DNA of 64,000 nucleotides. Origin: an uncultured Actinomycetota bacterium (GTDB lineage: Bacteria; Actinomycetota; Actinomycetes; Streptomycetales; Streptomycetaceae). Position 1 is the stretch's first letter, and each line of letters starts with the position of its first letter. A model generated the notes under the pieces. The model had not been told where the DNA came from. It was given only the letters and a program-made list of their open reading frames with translations, and did no database searches. The position numbers were made by a program, and so were the translations under genes. Positions 52,253-62,571 of the stretch are shown one piece after another. The stretch covers positions 341,683 to 405,682 of the forward strand of contig CAWFMG010000003.1 of assembly GCA_963816875.1 (NCBI GenBank), in the 5' to 3' direction.

Positions 52253-53029
52253 TTGACCAAGACGACGATACGGGCGAACGAGACGATGGTGCCGCTGCTG
52301 CCGTGCGCGGACGTGGAGCAGACGCTGGCGTTCTACCAGGCGCTCGGCTTCAAGGTCACCCACCAGCAGACCCGCCCGTACCTCTACCTCGCCCTGGGAT
52401 GGAGCGGTTTCGGGGTGCACTTCGGCAGGCCGCCCCAGGGCCACGACCCGGCCAGGGAAGAAGGCGGCGGCTGTCTGGTCCTGGTGGACGAGGTCGCCCC
52501 TTACCACGCCGCCTTCACCCAAGCCATGCGCGCCGCCTACGGCAGGGTGCTGGCCAAGGGACTCCCGCGCATCACCCGCTTCCGCCCCGGCCAGACGCGG
52601 TTCACCCTGATCGACCCGTCCGGCAACTCGCTCATCTTCATCCAGCGAGACGAGCCGGCCGAACTCGAGTACGGCGGCTCCAAGAAGCTGCCGGGCCTGG
52701 CCCGGGCCCTCGACAACGCCCGCATCTTCCGCGAGTTCAAGAACGACGACCGGGCCGCCTTCCGGGCCATCTCCTCCGCGCTGCGCCGGCACGGCGACAC
52801 CGCGCCGGCCCTCGACCGGGCCCTGGCCCTGGCCACCCTCATCGAACTCGCCACCGCCCTGAACGAGCACGATCACATCGACGGATGGGCCCGCGAGTTG
52901 GCACGGATCCACCTCACCGACGCCGAACGCCAGCGCGTCGCAGCGGAACTGCACCACGCCGAAGGCCTCACCCAGTGGCTCGCCGAACCCGCCCCCGGGG
53001 CGGGAACGCAGGACGACGCCCCGCGGTGA
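52253..53029 (+). CDS. VOC/glyoxalase-bleomycin-resistance-fold protein with a helical C-terminal extension
   Basis: ORF 52253..53029. TTG start preceded by GGAGGA. VPLLPCADVEQTLAFYQALGFKV and FTLIDPSGNSLIFIQ. Confidence 0.65.
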   Translation: MTKTTIRANETMVPLLPCADVEQTLAFYQALGFKVTHQQTRPYLYLALGWSGFGVHFGRPPQGHDPAREEGGGCLVLVDEVAPYHAAFTQAMRAAYGRVLAKGLPRITRFRPGQTRFTLIDPSGNSLIFIQRDEPAELEYGGSKKLPGLARALDNARIFREFKNDDRAAFRAISSALRRHGDTAPALDRALALATLIELATALNEHDHIDGWARELARIHLTDAERQRVAAELHHAEGLTQWLAEPAPGAGTQDDAPR

Positions 53030-53150
53030 TGGGCCCGCCCGACCACCGCCCGGCGGCACCGATGTCACGCGCGAACGCAGAAAGGTGGCGGCACCTCGAC
53101 CGAACATCCGGCCGATGTGCCGCCACCTCGCGAAACGTTCTGCTCTGAGT

Positions 53151-53223
53151 ACCCCCGACGGGATTCGAACCCGCGCTACCGCCTTGAAAGGGCGGCGTCC
53201 TGGGCCACTAGACGACGGGGGCG
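53151..53223 (-). tRNA. tRNA-Glu(TTC): tRNA-Glu (anticodon TTC)
   Basis: Reverse complement GCCCCCGTCGTCTAGTGGCCCAGGACGCCGCCCTTTCAAGGCGGTAGCGCGGGTTCGAATCCCGTCGGGGGTA. Anticodon loop CTTTCAA. Confidence 0.9.
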
Positions 53224-53343
53224 GGAGAGGCCGCCTGGGCACCTGGAGGATGCCGCCGGAGACGCCAGCAGCATAGGCGATGCCGCGACTGATCAGCAAA
53301 ACGGTATCCGGCCGGCCACGCGGCCGGATGACCCGTCCGTGGC

Positions 53344-53694
53344 TCAGGCCCAGCCCAGGTCGTGGAGCCGGGCGTCGTCGATGCCGAAATGGTGCGCCAC
53401 CTCGTGCACCACGGTGGTGGCCGCCTCCTCCACCACCTCCTCGCGCGTCTCGCACAGACGCAGCGTGGGGCCCATGTAGATCGTGATGCGGTCCGGCAGC
53501 GCACCGGCGTACCACTCGCCGCGTTCCGTGAGCGGGGTGCCCTCGTACAGCCCGAGGAGCTCGGGGTCCTCGGGCGGGGGCTCGTCCTCGACGAACACGG
53601 CGACGTTGTCCATCAGCCGCGTCAGCTCGGGCGGGATCCGGTCCAGTCCCTCGCTGACCAGTTCCTCGAACTCCTCGCGCGTCATCTCCAGCAC
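53344..53694 (-). CDS. Metallopeptidase-family (zincin-like, DUF1025-type) small protein
   Basis: ORF 53344..53694. VVHEVAHHFGIDD (HExxH). Confidence 0.85.
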   Translation of the reverse strand: MLEMTREEFEELVSEGLDRIPPELTRLMDNVAVFVEDEPPPEDPELLGLYEGTPLTERGEWYAGALPDRITIYMGPTLRLCETREEVVEEAATTVVHEVAHHFGIDDARLHDLGWA

Positions 53695-53742
53695 CCGTCC
53701 ATTGTCCCGCGCCCCCGGCCCTCCGGCGGGCTCGGGGGTCCG

Positions 53743-54648
53743 CTACACGCCGCGGCCCGGGGAGGCGAGGGATTCGATGGTCCGGGCCACGCTGGCCGCG
53801 CCGTGGCCGGCGGCGACCTCCCCCCGGAAGAGCTCCTGCAACGGCGCCAGCAGCGCGTCGCCGACCCCGCGGGCGCGGCTGGCCGTCAGGATCGCGCCGA
53901 GCCCCCACGCGTTGATGTCGAGGGTGGAGGTCTCCGTGGCGTAGTCGCCGGAGTCGATCTCCGCCGCGAACCCCGGCAGCGCCGCGGCCGCCTCCGTCAG
54001 CCACCGCACCATGTGCCGGGTGATGTCCGCGGCCTTGATCCCCTCCGTCCCAGCCAGCGCCACGCCGTGGAAGAACCCGGCGAACATCCCGTACATCCCG
54101 CTGAGCACCGCCATGTCGTGCACCGACGCCAGCGTCGGGTCCACGCCGGTGAACGTGCCGCCGCCGAGCACCGCGTCCAGCGTGTCGCGGTGGGTGTCGA
54201 AGACCGTCCGCGACCCGCTGTAGAGGACGAACGCCTCCGGTGTGCCGATCGTCTGCGGGACGGCGTAGACCGCCCCCGCGAGGTAGTGCGCGCCCTGCTG
54301 GCCCGCCCAGTCCGCCAGCTCCCGCACCGGTTCCGGGGTGCCCGAGGTGATGTTGACCACCGCCCGGCCGGCGAGCCCCGCGGCGGCCGGGGTCAGCACG
54401 GCGCGGGCGGCGTCGTGGTCCAGCAGGCAGACGATCACCAGGTCCCCGGCCGCCACCGCCTCGGCGACCGTGTCCGCACGCCGCGCACCCCGCGCGACGA
54501 GCGGGTCGGCCCTGCCGGCCGTGCGGTTCCACACGGTGGTGGGGTGGCCGCGTTCGACGAGCGCCGTGGCCAGTGCCCGGCCCAGGTTGCCCAGGCCGAT
54601 GACGCTGACCGGCGTGCCGGCCGGTGTCCCCTGCGGTGCGCTGTTCAT
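53743..54648 (-). CDS. NAD(P)-dependent oxidoreductase, 6-phosphogluconate-dehydrogenase-like (imine-reductase-like family)
   Basis: ATG 54648 within the giant ORF 53743..59085. VSVIGLGNLGRALATALVERGHPTTVWNRT Rossmann motif. Confidence 0.85.
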   Translation of the reverse strand: MNSAPQGTPAGTPVSVIGLGNLGRALATALVERGHPTTVWNRTAGRADPLVARGARRADTVAEAVAAGDLVIVCLLDHDAARAVLTPAAAGLAGRAVVNITSGTPEPVRELADWAGQQGAHYLAGAVYAVPQTIGTPEAFVLYSGSRTVFDTHRDTLDAVLGGGTFTGVDPTLASVHDMAVLSGMYGMFAGFFHGVALAGTEGIKAADITRHMVRWLTEAAAALPGFAAEIDSGDYATETSTLDINAWGLGAILTASRARGVGDALLAPLQELFRGEVAAGHGAASVARTIESLASPGRGV

Positions 54649-54780
54649 CTGCTTCCTCCGGTGCGGACGGGTGCGAACGGGTGCGAACGCTTGGGCCCAG
54701 GGTGGACGTCCCGGCTTGCGGTCCACTGCCGGTTTGCTGCCGGTCCGCTGCGGAACGCGCCGTCGGCCTATCGTTGCCGC

Positions 54781-57700
54781 GTGCGATTCGGAGTCCTGGG
54801 CCCGCTGGCCGTGTGGGCGGCCAGCGGCGCGCCCGTGCGCGTTCCGGAGCGCAAGGTCCGCGCGGTGCTGGCGCGGCTGCTGGTCCGCCCCGGACAGCCG
54901 GTGTCCGCCGACCGGCTGGTGGACCAGCTGTGGGCGACCCGCCCGCCCCGGAACCCCGCCGGCGCCCTCCAGGGCAAGGTCGCGCAGCTGCGCCGGGCCC
55001 TGGAACAGGCCGAGCCGGGCGGTCGGCGGCTCGTGGTCTCCGGCCCCGCCGGGTACCGGCTGGACATCGCCCCCGAGGACGTCGACGCGGGCCGGTTCGC
55101 CGAGCTCGCCGGCCGGGCCCGGGCCGCCGCGGACCCGGCCGGACGCGCCGGTCTGCTCGTCGAGGCCCTGGCCCTGTGGCGGGGTCCGGCGTTCGCGGAC
55201 CACGCCGACGAGCCGTTCGCGCGGGCGGCGATCGACCGGCTCACGGAGGACCGCCTCGGCGCGCTGGAGGAACTCGCCGAGGCCCGCCTGGAACGGGGCG
55301 AACACCGCCTGGTGATCGGCGAGCTCGCCGACCTCGTGGCCCGGCACCCGCTGCGGGAACGCCTGCGCGCCGCCCAGCTGCGCGCCCTGTACGGCGCGGG
55401 CCGGCAGGGTGAGGCGTTGGCCGGCTACGAGGCGTTCCGCCGCCGCCTCGCCAGCGAACTCGGCCTGGACCCGGGACCAGAGCTGGCCGCCCTGCACGAG
55501 GCGATCCTGCGCCAGGACCCGATCCTGGATCCGGCACCGGATCCGGCGCTGGGCCCCGAACCGGGCCGGATCAGGGAGGCGGCACCGGCCGCCCGGCCAC
55601 GGACCAACCTCCCCGCCCCCCTCACCGAACTGATCGGCCGCTCCGCCGCTGTGGCCGAGCTGCGCGGGCTGCTCGGCACCGCGCGCCTGGTGACGCTCAC
55701 CGGCCCGGGCGGGGTCGGCAAGACCCGGCTGGCGGTGGAGACGGCGCGCGGCCAGCTCGACGCGTTCCCCGAGGGCGCGTGGCTGGTCGAGCTGGCCGGG
55801 CTCGCGTCCGCCGCGCCCGCCGAGGAGGTGCTGTGCGAGCTGGCCGAGTCGGTCCTGGAGGCCCTCGCCATCCGGCCGGAGGCCGGGCCGGATTCCGACT
55901 CCACCCCCGGGTCCGACTCCGGCATCGGCTGGCTGGCCGCCGCGCTGCGCGGCAGACCTCCGCTGCTGCTCGTGCTGGAAAACTGCGAACACGTGGTCGA
56001 GCCGGTGGCCGAGTTCGCCGAGGCGCTGCTGCGGGCCGTGCCCGACCTGCGGATCCTGGCCACCAGCCGGGAGCCGCTCGGCATCGGCGGCGAGACGGTT
56101 CTGCGCGTTCCGCCGCTGGACCAGGCCGGCGCCACGCGGCTCTTCCTGGCCCGGGCCGGCCGCCCGCCGGACGCGGCTCTCGACGCGGCCGACGCCGAGG
56201 CCGTGGCGGCGATCTGCCGGCGGGTCGACGGGCTTCCGATCGCCCTGGAGCTGGCCGCCTCCCGGGCCAGGACGCTGGGCCTGCACGGCCTGCTCGCCCG
56301 CCTGGACGACCGGTTCTCCGTGCTGACCGGCGGCTACCGGGACGCCCCGCCCCGACAGCGCACCCTGCGCGCGGTGCTCGACTGGAGCTGGGAGCTGCTC
56401 ACCGCCGTCGAACGCACGGTGCTGCGCCGGCTGGCCGGGCAGGTGGACGGTTGCACGGTGGAGGCGGCGGAGGAGCTGTGCGCCGGGGGCGAGGTGCGGC
56501 CCGCGGAGGTCCTGGACGCGTTGGCCCGGCTCGTCGACCGGTCCCTGGTGGTGCTCGACGACCGGCTGGGCGGCCCGCGGTACCGGCTGCTGGAGTCCGT
56601 CCGCGAGTACTGCGCCGAGCGACTGCGGGAGGCCGGCGAGTACCGGGAGGCGGAGCGCCGGCACGTCCGTTTCTACGCCCGACTCGCCGAGCACGCCGAG
56701 CCGTTGCTGCGCGGGGCGGAACAACGGCGCTGGCTGGCGCGGCTGGACGCGGACAGCGGCAACCTGCGCCGGGCGGTCGACCTGGCCGTGGAACGGGGCG
56801 CCGCGGCGGAGGCACTGCGGCTGGTCACCGCGCTGACCTGGTACTGGGTCCTGCGCGGCCGGCTCCGCGAGGCCCGCAGAGCCCTGGAACGCGCCCTCAC
56901 CACGGTTGCCGCCGACGCACTGCCCGCTGTCGCGGGTCTTGCCGATCCGGCGCCCGCCGACCGCGGCCCCACCACCGACCCGATCCCCGCCGCGGTCCCC
57001 GGCACCGCCGTTCGCTCTGCCGTGCTGCCCGCCGCCGTGGTGCCGGCCGCCCTGGTGCCTGCCGATCCGGGTCCCGCAGCGGGCTCTGGCGATCCGAGCC
57101 CTGCCGTCGACCCGGTCCCCGACGCCGTTCCGGCCGCCGAACCGGTGGCCCCGGCCCCCGACCCCGCCGCCGTCGGGGACCGCGCCGCCGGGCTCCGCGT
57201 CGACGTGGTTCGGGTCCGGGACCGAGCCCGGGCGTGGCATGCCGGGGTCGTGTTGCTGGTGTCCCGGGCCGAGAGCGAGGACCCGCGGGCCGTGCTGGAC
57301 GCGCTGACCGCCGCGGGCGACGCGGCCGGGCTGGCCACCGCACGGTGGTTCCTGGCGTTCGCCCAGATGGGCACCGCCGCCGTGGCGACCGGGGAGCGCC
57401 TGAGCCGGCAGGCCGCCGAGGACTTCCGCGCGCTCGGCGACCGCTGGGGCGAGGCTGCCGCCCTCAGCCTGCTGGCCCGCCACGCCCTCGCCCGCGGCGA
57501 TCTGGCGGCGGCCCGGGACCACGGGGAGCGCGCCGCCCGCCTCTTCCGCGTGCTCGGCGACCGTTGGGGGCGGGCGCAGACGGTCTTCCCGCTGGCCACC
57601 CTCGCCGAGATCGCCGGGGACTACCCGCGGGCCGCGGACCTGCACCGGGAGGGGCTCGGCATGGCCGAGGAGCTGGGCCTGTGGGCCGAGGCCGTGAACC

Positions 57701-58290
57701 GGCTGTGCGGTCTCGGCCGGATCGCGCTGCTGACCGGCGACCACGCCCGGGCCGACGGCCTGCACGGCCGGGCCCTGGCGCTGGCCACCGAGCAGAACCT
57801 GCGGCGGGGCCAGGCCGGCGCCGAGCTCGGCCTCGCCCTCGGCGCCCGCCGCGCGGGCGACCTCGACGCGGCGGAGTCCCGGCTGCGGCCCCTGCTCGAC
57901 TGGTTCCGGGCCGCCGACTACGGTCCCGGGCTCACCCTGGTCCTCGCCGAACTCGGCTTCGTCGCGGAGCTGCGCGGCGACGCGGTGACCGCGGACGCCC
58001 GGCACGCGGAGGGGCTCGTCCAGGCGCGGCTGCTGGGCGATCCGCGGGCCGTGGCCCTGGCCTGGGAGGGCCTGGCCGGCGCGGCGGGCCGCGCCGGGCG
58101 GCACCGCCGGGCCGCCACACTGCTCGGCGCCGCCGCGGCGGCCCGCGACTCCGTGCGGGCCCCGCTGCCCGCGGCCGAACGCGGCGATGTGGACCGAATC
58201 ACCGCCGCCGCGCGCGCCGCCCTGGGGGAGGAGGCCTTCGCCGCCGCGTTCGCCCACGGCGGCGAACGCCTCGACGAGCCCGACGCGTAG
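54781..58290 (+). CDS. AfsR/SARP-family regulator (BTAD + NB-ARC ATPase + TPR), 1169 aa
   Basis: GTG 54781 within ORF 53362..58290. VRFGVLGPLAVW, LALWRGPAFAD, LVTLTGPGGVGKTRLA, LLLVLENCEHV and TPR-like C-terminal repeats. Confidence 0.9.
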   Translation: MRFGVLGPLAVWAASGAPVRVPERKVRAVLARLLVRPGQPVSADRLVDQLWATRPPRNPAGALQGKVAQLRRALEQAEPGGRRLVVSGPAGYRLDIAPEDVDAGRFAELAGRARAAADPAGRAGLLVEALALWRGPAFADHADEPFARAAIDRLTEDRLGALEELAEARLERGEHRLVIGELADLVARHPLRERLRAAQLRALYGAGRQGEALAGYEAFRRRLASELGLDPGPELAALHEAILRQDPILDPAPDPALGPEPGRIREAAPAARPRTNLPAPLTELIGRSAAVAELRGLLGTARLVTLTGPGGVGKTRLAVETARGQLDAFPEGAWLVELAGLASAAPAEEVLCELAESVLEALAIRPEAGPDSDSTPGSDSGIGWLAAALRGRPPLLLVLENCEHVVEPVAEFAEALLRAVPDLRILATSREPLGIGGETVLRVPPLDQAGATRLFLARAGRPPDAALDAADAEAVAAICRRVDGLPIALELAASRARTLGLHGLLARLDDRFSVLTGGYRDAPPRQRTLRAVLDWSWELLTAVERTVLRRLAGQVDGCTVEAAEELCAGGEVRPAEVLDALARLVDRSLVVLDDRLGGPRYRLLESVREYCAERLREAGEYREAERRHVRFYARLAEHAEPLLRGAEQRRWLARLDADSGNLRRAVDLAVERGAAAEALRLVTALTWYWVLRGRLREARRALERALTTVAADALPAVAGLADPAPADRGPTTDPIPAAVPGTAVRSAVLPAAVVPAALVPADPGPAAGSGDPSPAVDPVPDAVPAAEPVAPAPDPAAVGDRAAGLRVDVVRVRDRARAWHAGVVLLVSRAESEDPRAVLDALTAAGDAAGLATARWFLAFAQMGTAAVATGERLSRQAAEDFRALGDRWGEAAALSLLARHALARGDLAAARDHGERAARLFRVLGDRWGRAQTVFPLATLAEIAGDYPRAADLHREGLGMAEELGLWAEAVNRLCGLGRIALLTGDHARADGLHGRALALATEQNLRRGQAGAELGLALGARRAGDLDAAESRLRPLLDWFRAADYGPGLTLVLAELGFVAELRGDAVTADARHAEGLVQARLLGDPRAVALAWEGLAGAAGRAGRHRRAATLLGAAAAARDSVRAPLPAAERGDVDRITAAARAALGEEAFAAAFAHGGERLDEPDA

Positions 58291-58441
58291 GTCCGCCGGC
58301 GCTGCCCGGGGTCGGGGCCGGCCGTTCCTGGCCCGCGCAAACGTGCCCCCGTGCGGGGCGTGTCCTCCGCGGGGTACGGGAGTTGAGCAGCGGAGAGGCC
58401 CTTGCCCAGCCGCCGTCCCCGCCCCTCGGAGGTAGTCCGCC

Positions 58442-59014
58442 GTGCGCCGATCCGTCCGCCGTCTCGTTCCCGCCGCCGCCGTGTCCCTCATCGCCGTCGC
58501 CGTGGGGGCGCTCACGGGGTGCGTGAGCGCCGGCTCGGACGACGTGCGCCAGAACGATCCGGCCGAAGTGGGGAACGCCTCACCCGACCCCGGCCACTCC
58601 GTCGAGGTGAGCGTCGACCCGCGCGGCGAGCAGTCCGACCGGCCGAGCCCGGACGGCGAGGGTGCGGCGGGTGCCGCCACCGGCCCCGGGCCCACCGCGG
58701 CGGACAGCTCGTCGGGCGGCGCCGACTCGGGGGCCTCGAACCAGCGCGACACGCCCGCGGGGGAGCAGGAGAACGGGTCGGACGCGTCAGACCCGGGCGA
58801 CCCGGCGCGCACGCCGACGCCCGCGCCCACCCGCGCGCCGGAGTCCACCAAGAAGCCCACGCCGTCCCCGGACCCGACGCCCTCTGCTGAGCCCAGCGAC
58901 GAGCCCAGCCCCAGCCCCGAGGAGCCGTCCCCGTCCCCCACCCCGACGCCGACCGGCGACGGTGACACGGGAGGCAACGGAGGCGGTGGAGGCGGTGGCG
59001 ACGGCGGGAACTGA
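58442..59014 (+). CDS. Lipoprotein with a Pro/Ser/Asp/Gly-rich low-complexity body
   Basis: ORF 58442..59014. Signal plus lipobox LIAVAVGALTGC. Confidence 0.6.
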   Translation: MRRSVRRLVPAAAVSLIAVAVGALTGCVSAGSDDVRQNDPAEVGNASPDPGHSVEVSVDPRGEQSDRPSPDGEGAAGAATGPGPTAADSSSGGADSGASNQRDTPAGEQENGSDASDPGDPARTPTPAPTRAPESTKKPTPSPDPTPSAEPSDEPSPSPEEPSPSPTPTPTGDGDTGGNGGGGGGGDGGN

Positions 59015-59218
59015 TGCGCGAGGGGTGAATCCCGTTTGCATGGCAGACGGCGCCCTGCGTATGCTTGTAGATCGTTTGATCCCACTTGCCCGGCGCCCCA
59101 CGTAGCGCGCCGTGTGGCGCGTTCCTCGTTAAGCCGTGGCTGACCGCATCAAGGCGGTCAAGAGCACCTACGGAGCAAAGGCGCGTGCCGACCCGACTCC
59201 GGAAGGTTCTCATCTCGC

Positions 59219-61033
59219 ATGTCCGTCACCACGCCTGAAGCCGTCCTACCCCTGGACGAGCCGACGGTCACCTTCGCCGACCTCGGCCTGCCGCAGCAGA
59301 TCGTGCGGAAGCTCGCCGAGAACGGCGTCACCACCCCGTTCCCCATCCAGGCCGCCACCATCCCTGACGCCATGGCCGGGCGCGACATCCTCGGCCGGGG
59401 CCGCACCGGCTCGGGCAAGACCCTCAGCTTCGGCCTGCCGACCCTGACCCGCCTGGCCGGCGAGCGCACCCGCCCAGGCCACCCGCGGGCCGTCATCCTG
59501 ACGCCCACCCGCGAGCTGGCCATGCAGGTCTCCGCCGCCCTGGAGCCCTACGGCGAGCTGCTCGGCCTGCGGATGAAGGTCGTCTGCGGCGGCACCTCCA
59601 TGGGCAACCAGATCTACGCCCTGGAGCGCGGCGTCGACATCCTGGTCGCCACCCCCGGCCGGCTGCGTGACGTGATCAAGCGCGGCGCGTGCTCGCTGGA
59701 CAACGTCGAGGTCGCCGTGCTCGACGAGGCCGACCAGATGGCCGACCTCGGCTTCCTGCCCGAGGTCACCGAGCTGCTCGACCTGGTGCCGCCGGGCGGA
59801 CAGCGGATGCTGTTCTCCGCCACCCTGGAGCGCGAGATCGACACCCTGGTCAAGCGCTACCTCGTCGACCCCGTCCGCCACCAGGTCGACGCCGCCCAGG
59901 GCGCGGTCTCGACCATGAGCCACCACGTCCTGGTGGTCAAGCCGCAGGACAAGGCGCCGCTCACCGCCGCCATCGCGGGGCGTGACGGCCGCACCATCGT
60001 CTTCGTCCGCACCCAGCTGGGGGCGGATCGGGTCGCGGAGCAGTTGCGCGACGCCGGCGTGCGCGCCGACGCGCTGCACGGCGGCATGACCCAGGGCGCC
60101 CGCACCCGCACCCTCGCCGACTTCAAGGAAGGCCGGATCGGGGTGCTGGTGGCCACCGACGTCGCCGCCCGCGGCATCCACGTCGAGGGCATCGACGTGG
60201 TGCTGAACGTGGACCCGGCCGGCGACCACAAGGACTACCTGCACCGTTCCGGACGCACGGCGCGGGCCGGACGCTCCGGCACCGTCGTCTCGCTGGCCCT
60301 GCCGCACCAGCGGCGCACCATCTTCCGGCTGATGGAGGACGCGGGCGTCAAGGCCGCCCGCCACATCATCGGCCGGGGCGACCTGTTCCACGACGACCTC
60401 GCCGACATCATCGGCGCCCGGTCGCTCAGCGAGGTTCAGGCCGAATCCGCGTCGCGCGCCGCCCGGCAGGCGGAACGCGAGGTGGCGCGGCTCGGCCGCG
60501 ATCTGGAGCGGGCCAGGGAGCGCGCCACCGAGCTGCGCGGCGACGCCGAGCGGCTCACCGGACGCGCCGCCCGGGAGCGCGGCGAGGACCCGGCCGAGGC
60601 GATCGCCCGCGCCGCTGCCGAGACGGCGGCCGAGGCCGAGCGCGAGGCGGCCCGCGAGGCCGAGCGGGAGGCCGCCGCGGCGGCCCGCGCCGCGGCCGCG
60701 GCGGCCCGTGCCGAGCAGCGCGGCCGCCGGGACGACCGGGGCGACCGTGGTGACCGGGACCGCCGTCCGTTCTCGCATAACAACCGTGGGGGCGGCGGCT
60801 TCCGCCGCGACGACCGGGACCGTGACCGGGACCGCCGCGGCGACGACCGGCGCGGTGGTTTCCGCGACCGTGACCGGGATCGGGATCGGGACCGCGACCG
60901 GGACCGTGACCGGAACGGGGACCGCGATCGCCGCCCGTTCGGCCACAACCGCCGTGGAGAGGGCATCCGCCGCGACGACCACCGTCGCGACGAGCACCGC
61001 AGCACCGACAAACCCCGCTGGAAGCGGGGCTGA
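59219..61033 (+). CDS. DEAD-box RNA helicase with an Arg/Asp/Gly-rich repetitive C-terminal tail
   Basis: ORF 59219..61033. Q-motif TPFPIQ, GRTGSGKT, DEAD (VLDEADQM), SAT and HRSGRTARAG. Tail has RDRDRDRDRDRDRDR and two DRDRRPF(S/G)HN repeats. Confidence 0.9.
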   Translation: MSVTTPEAVLPLDEPTVTFADLGLPQQIVRKLAENGVTTPFPIQAATIPDAMAGRDILGRGRTGSGKTLSFGLPTLTRLAGERTRPGHPRAVILTPTRELAMQVSAALEPYGELLGLRMKVVCGGTSMGNQIYALERGVDILVATPGRLRDVIKRGACSLDNVEVAVLDEADQMADLGFLPEVTELLDLVPPGGQRMLFSATLEREIDTLVKRYLVDPVRHQVDAAQGAVSTMSHHVLVVKPQDKAPLTAAIAGRDGRTIVFVRTQLGADRVAEQLRDAGVRADALHGGMTQGARTRTLADFKEGRIGVLVATDVAARGIHVEGIDVVLNVDPAGDHKDYLHRSGRTARAGRSGTVVSLALPHQRRTIFRLMEDAGVKAARHIIGRGDLFHDDLADIIGARSLSEVQAESASRAARQAEREVARLGRDLERARERATELRGDAERLTGRAARERGEDPAEAIARAAAETAAEAEREAAREAEREAAAAARAAAAAARAEQRGRRDDRGDRGDRDRRPFSHNNRGGGGFRRDDRDRDRDRRGDDRRGGFRDRDRDRDRDRDRDRDRNGDRDRRPFGHNRRGEGIRRDDHRRDEHRSTDKPRWKRG

Positions 61034-61240
61034 CCCCCTCGCCGCCGGCGGGCCCCGCGCCCGCCGGCGGCCCCGTCTCACCCACCGTGGCCGGATAACG
61101 ACGAAACGGGATCGCGCGACCCGCATGCGCGCCCCCGCGCTACGCGAGTTGCACCCCAAGAAACCAGGACATTCGCCCCGCACCACGGGCCCAGAATCAC
61201 CTCGGACCCGGCCAACCAGTGGGGCTATGCTGCTCCCGAG

Positions 61241-61313
61241 GGGCCGTTAGCTCAATTGGCAGAGCAGAGGACTTTTAATCCTTTGGTTCCGGGTTCGAGT
61301 CCCGGACGGCCTA
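61241..61313 (+). tRNA. tRNA-Lys(TTT): tRNA-Lys (anticodon TTT)
   Basis: GGGCCGTTAGCTCAATTGGCAGAGCAGAGGACTTTTAATCCTTTGGTTCCGGGTTCGAGTCCCGGACGGCCTA. Anticodon loop CTTTTAA. Confidence 0.9.
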
Positions 61314-61873
61314 CCGAAGAACGATCACCTACATAGCCCCTGACCTGCACATCATCGCCCCGGACGCCTCGCAGGCGCCGGGGCGATCATGCTTCCGGAG
61401 CCTCCTGCGTGAGCGATGCGTGAGCGGGCGCTCCGTCAACCGCCTTCCGAACTCCCGGGACGACGGCCGCCATGCTCTCGGCGATCGAGGAGTGCCGCAG
61501 CTTCGCCTTGGCGTCGTGGATGTCCCCGCCGCCGGCCTTCACCAGCCCGGCCGTTCCGTGCCGGTCGATAGGGCGAACTTGTCGGGTCTCGTCGGCGTCG
61601 TCTCGGCGAGCTCTGAGCGACAGTTGCGGGGGATTCGGTTCCGCAAGGCACCCGATCCGGGCCGCAGATGAACGCCCGCAACGCCTCGGATCGTTCCTTC
61701 GCCGCGCCGTTTCCCCAGGTCACGTCCATGGAACGTTCCTAGGCGTTTTGTCGGGGCACACGCGTCTGGCCGCGCCGGCACGATTCACATGATGATCAGC
61801 GTCGGCAGGCCGTCACGGACCGGCAAGCCAACGGAGTTGTATCGAGGTTGCATCGAGCCGAAGCGAGGCGGCA

Positions 61874-62218
61874 ATGGAGTACGAGGAAGTCAAGCTCTCT
61901 CCGGACGAGGTCGATCGCGTCAAGGGGATCATCGGCCAGGCGTTCACCGACATGGCCGAGGTGTCCACCGGCATCGGCGGACACAGCGCCAACATGGCTA
62001 CGGCCTACAACGGTGCCGGTACCGCGACCGCGATGGAGACCTACGAGAACCTCGGCCGGGCCGGCCAGGCGCTGGCCGACGCGCTCGACGGCCTGTCCCA
62101 GGACCTCGGCATCACGGCCAACACCGGCCGGGAGACCGACGACGAGGCGCACAACGCCCTGAGCCAGGTCGTTGCCCCGACCACCCCCTCCGACCTGAGC
62201 ATCGCCGCTCAGATCTGA
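61874..62218 (+). CDS. WXG100/ESAT-6-like small helical protein (YNG in place of WxG)
   Basis: ORF 61874..62218. Helix-turn-helix-hairpin layout: ...ANMATAYNGAGTATAMETYENLGRAGQALADALDGLSQDL...DDEAHNAL. Confidence 0.5.
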   Translation: MEYEEVKLSPDEVDRVKGIIGQAFTDMAEVSTGIGGHSANMATAYNGAGTATAMETYENLGRAGQALADALDGLSQDLGITANTGRETDDEAHNALSQVVAPTTPSDLSIAAQI

Positions 62219-62256
62219 CACCAGCCGCCCAGACACACGGACAGGACCGAGGAACC

Positions 62257-62568
62257 ATGGGCTCCAACGGCATGATCCACTTCAGGAACGAAGGTCTTAC
62301 CAGCATCCAGTCGCAGACCTCCGGTCAGCAGGAGCAGTACATCGCGATCTGGGACAACGTGCGCACCCAGATCATGCAGCTCATCGAGAACGGCCTGGTC
62401 GACGCCCAGGTCGGCACCGTACTGAACGAGCGTGACGAGATCTTCCGCCGCGAGGCGACCGGCTTCGACGACAGCGTCTCGTCGCAGAACCTCGCGATGC
62501 GCAACGTCCAGTCGATCGGCGGCGAGGGCGGCGCCGCGATGGTGCGGGCGGCGGCGGGCGGGCGCTGA
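62257..62568 (+). CDS. Small helical protein, possible WXG100-like partner
   Basis: ATG 62257 preceded by GAGGA, within ORF 61789..62568. QEQYIAIWDNVRTQIMQLIENG... Confidence 0.45.
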   Translation: MGSNGMIHFRNEGLTSIQSQTSGQQEQYIAIWDNVRTQIMQLIENGLVDAQVGTVLNERDEIFRREATGFDDSVSSQNLAMRNVQSIGGEGGAAMVRAAAGGR

Positions 62569-62571
62569 TCC

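Noticed and set aside
53362-59085. The upstream extension of the AfsR ORF (53362-54780) and the giant minus ORF 53743..59085 beyond 54648.
   Set aside because: Sensible protein sequence begins only at GTG 54781 (VRFGVLGPL...) and at ATG 54648 (MNSAPQGTPAGTPVSVIGLG...). The remainder is low-complexity shadow.
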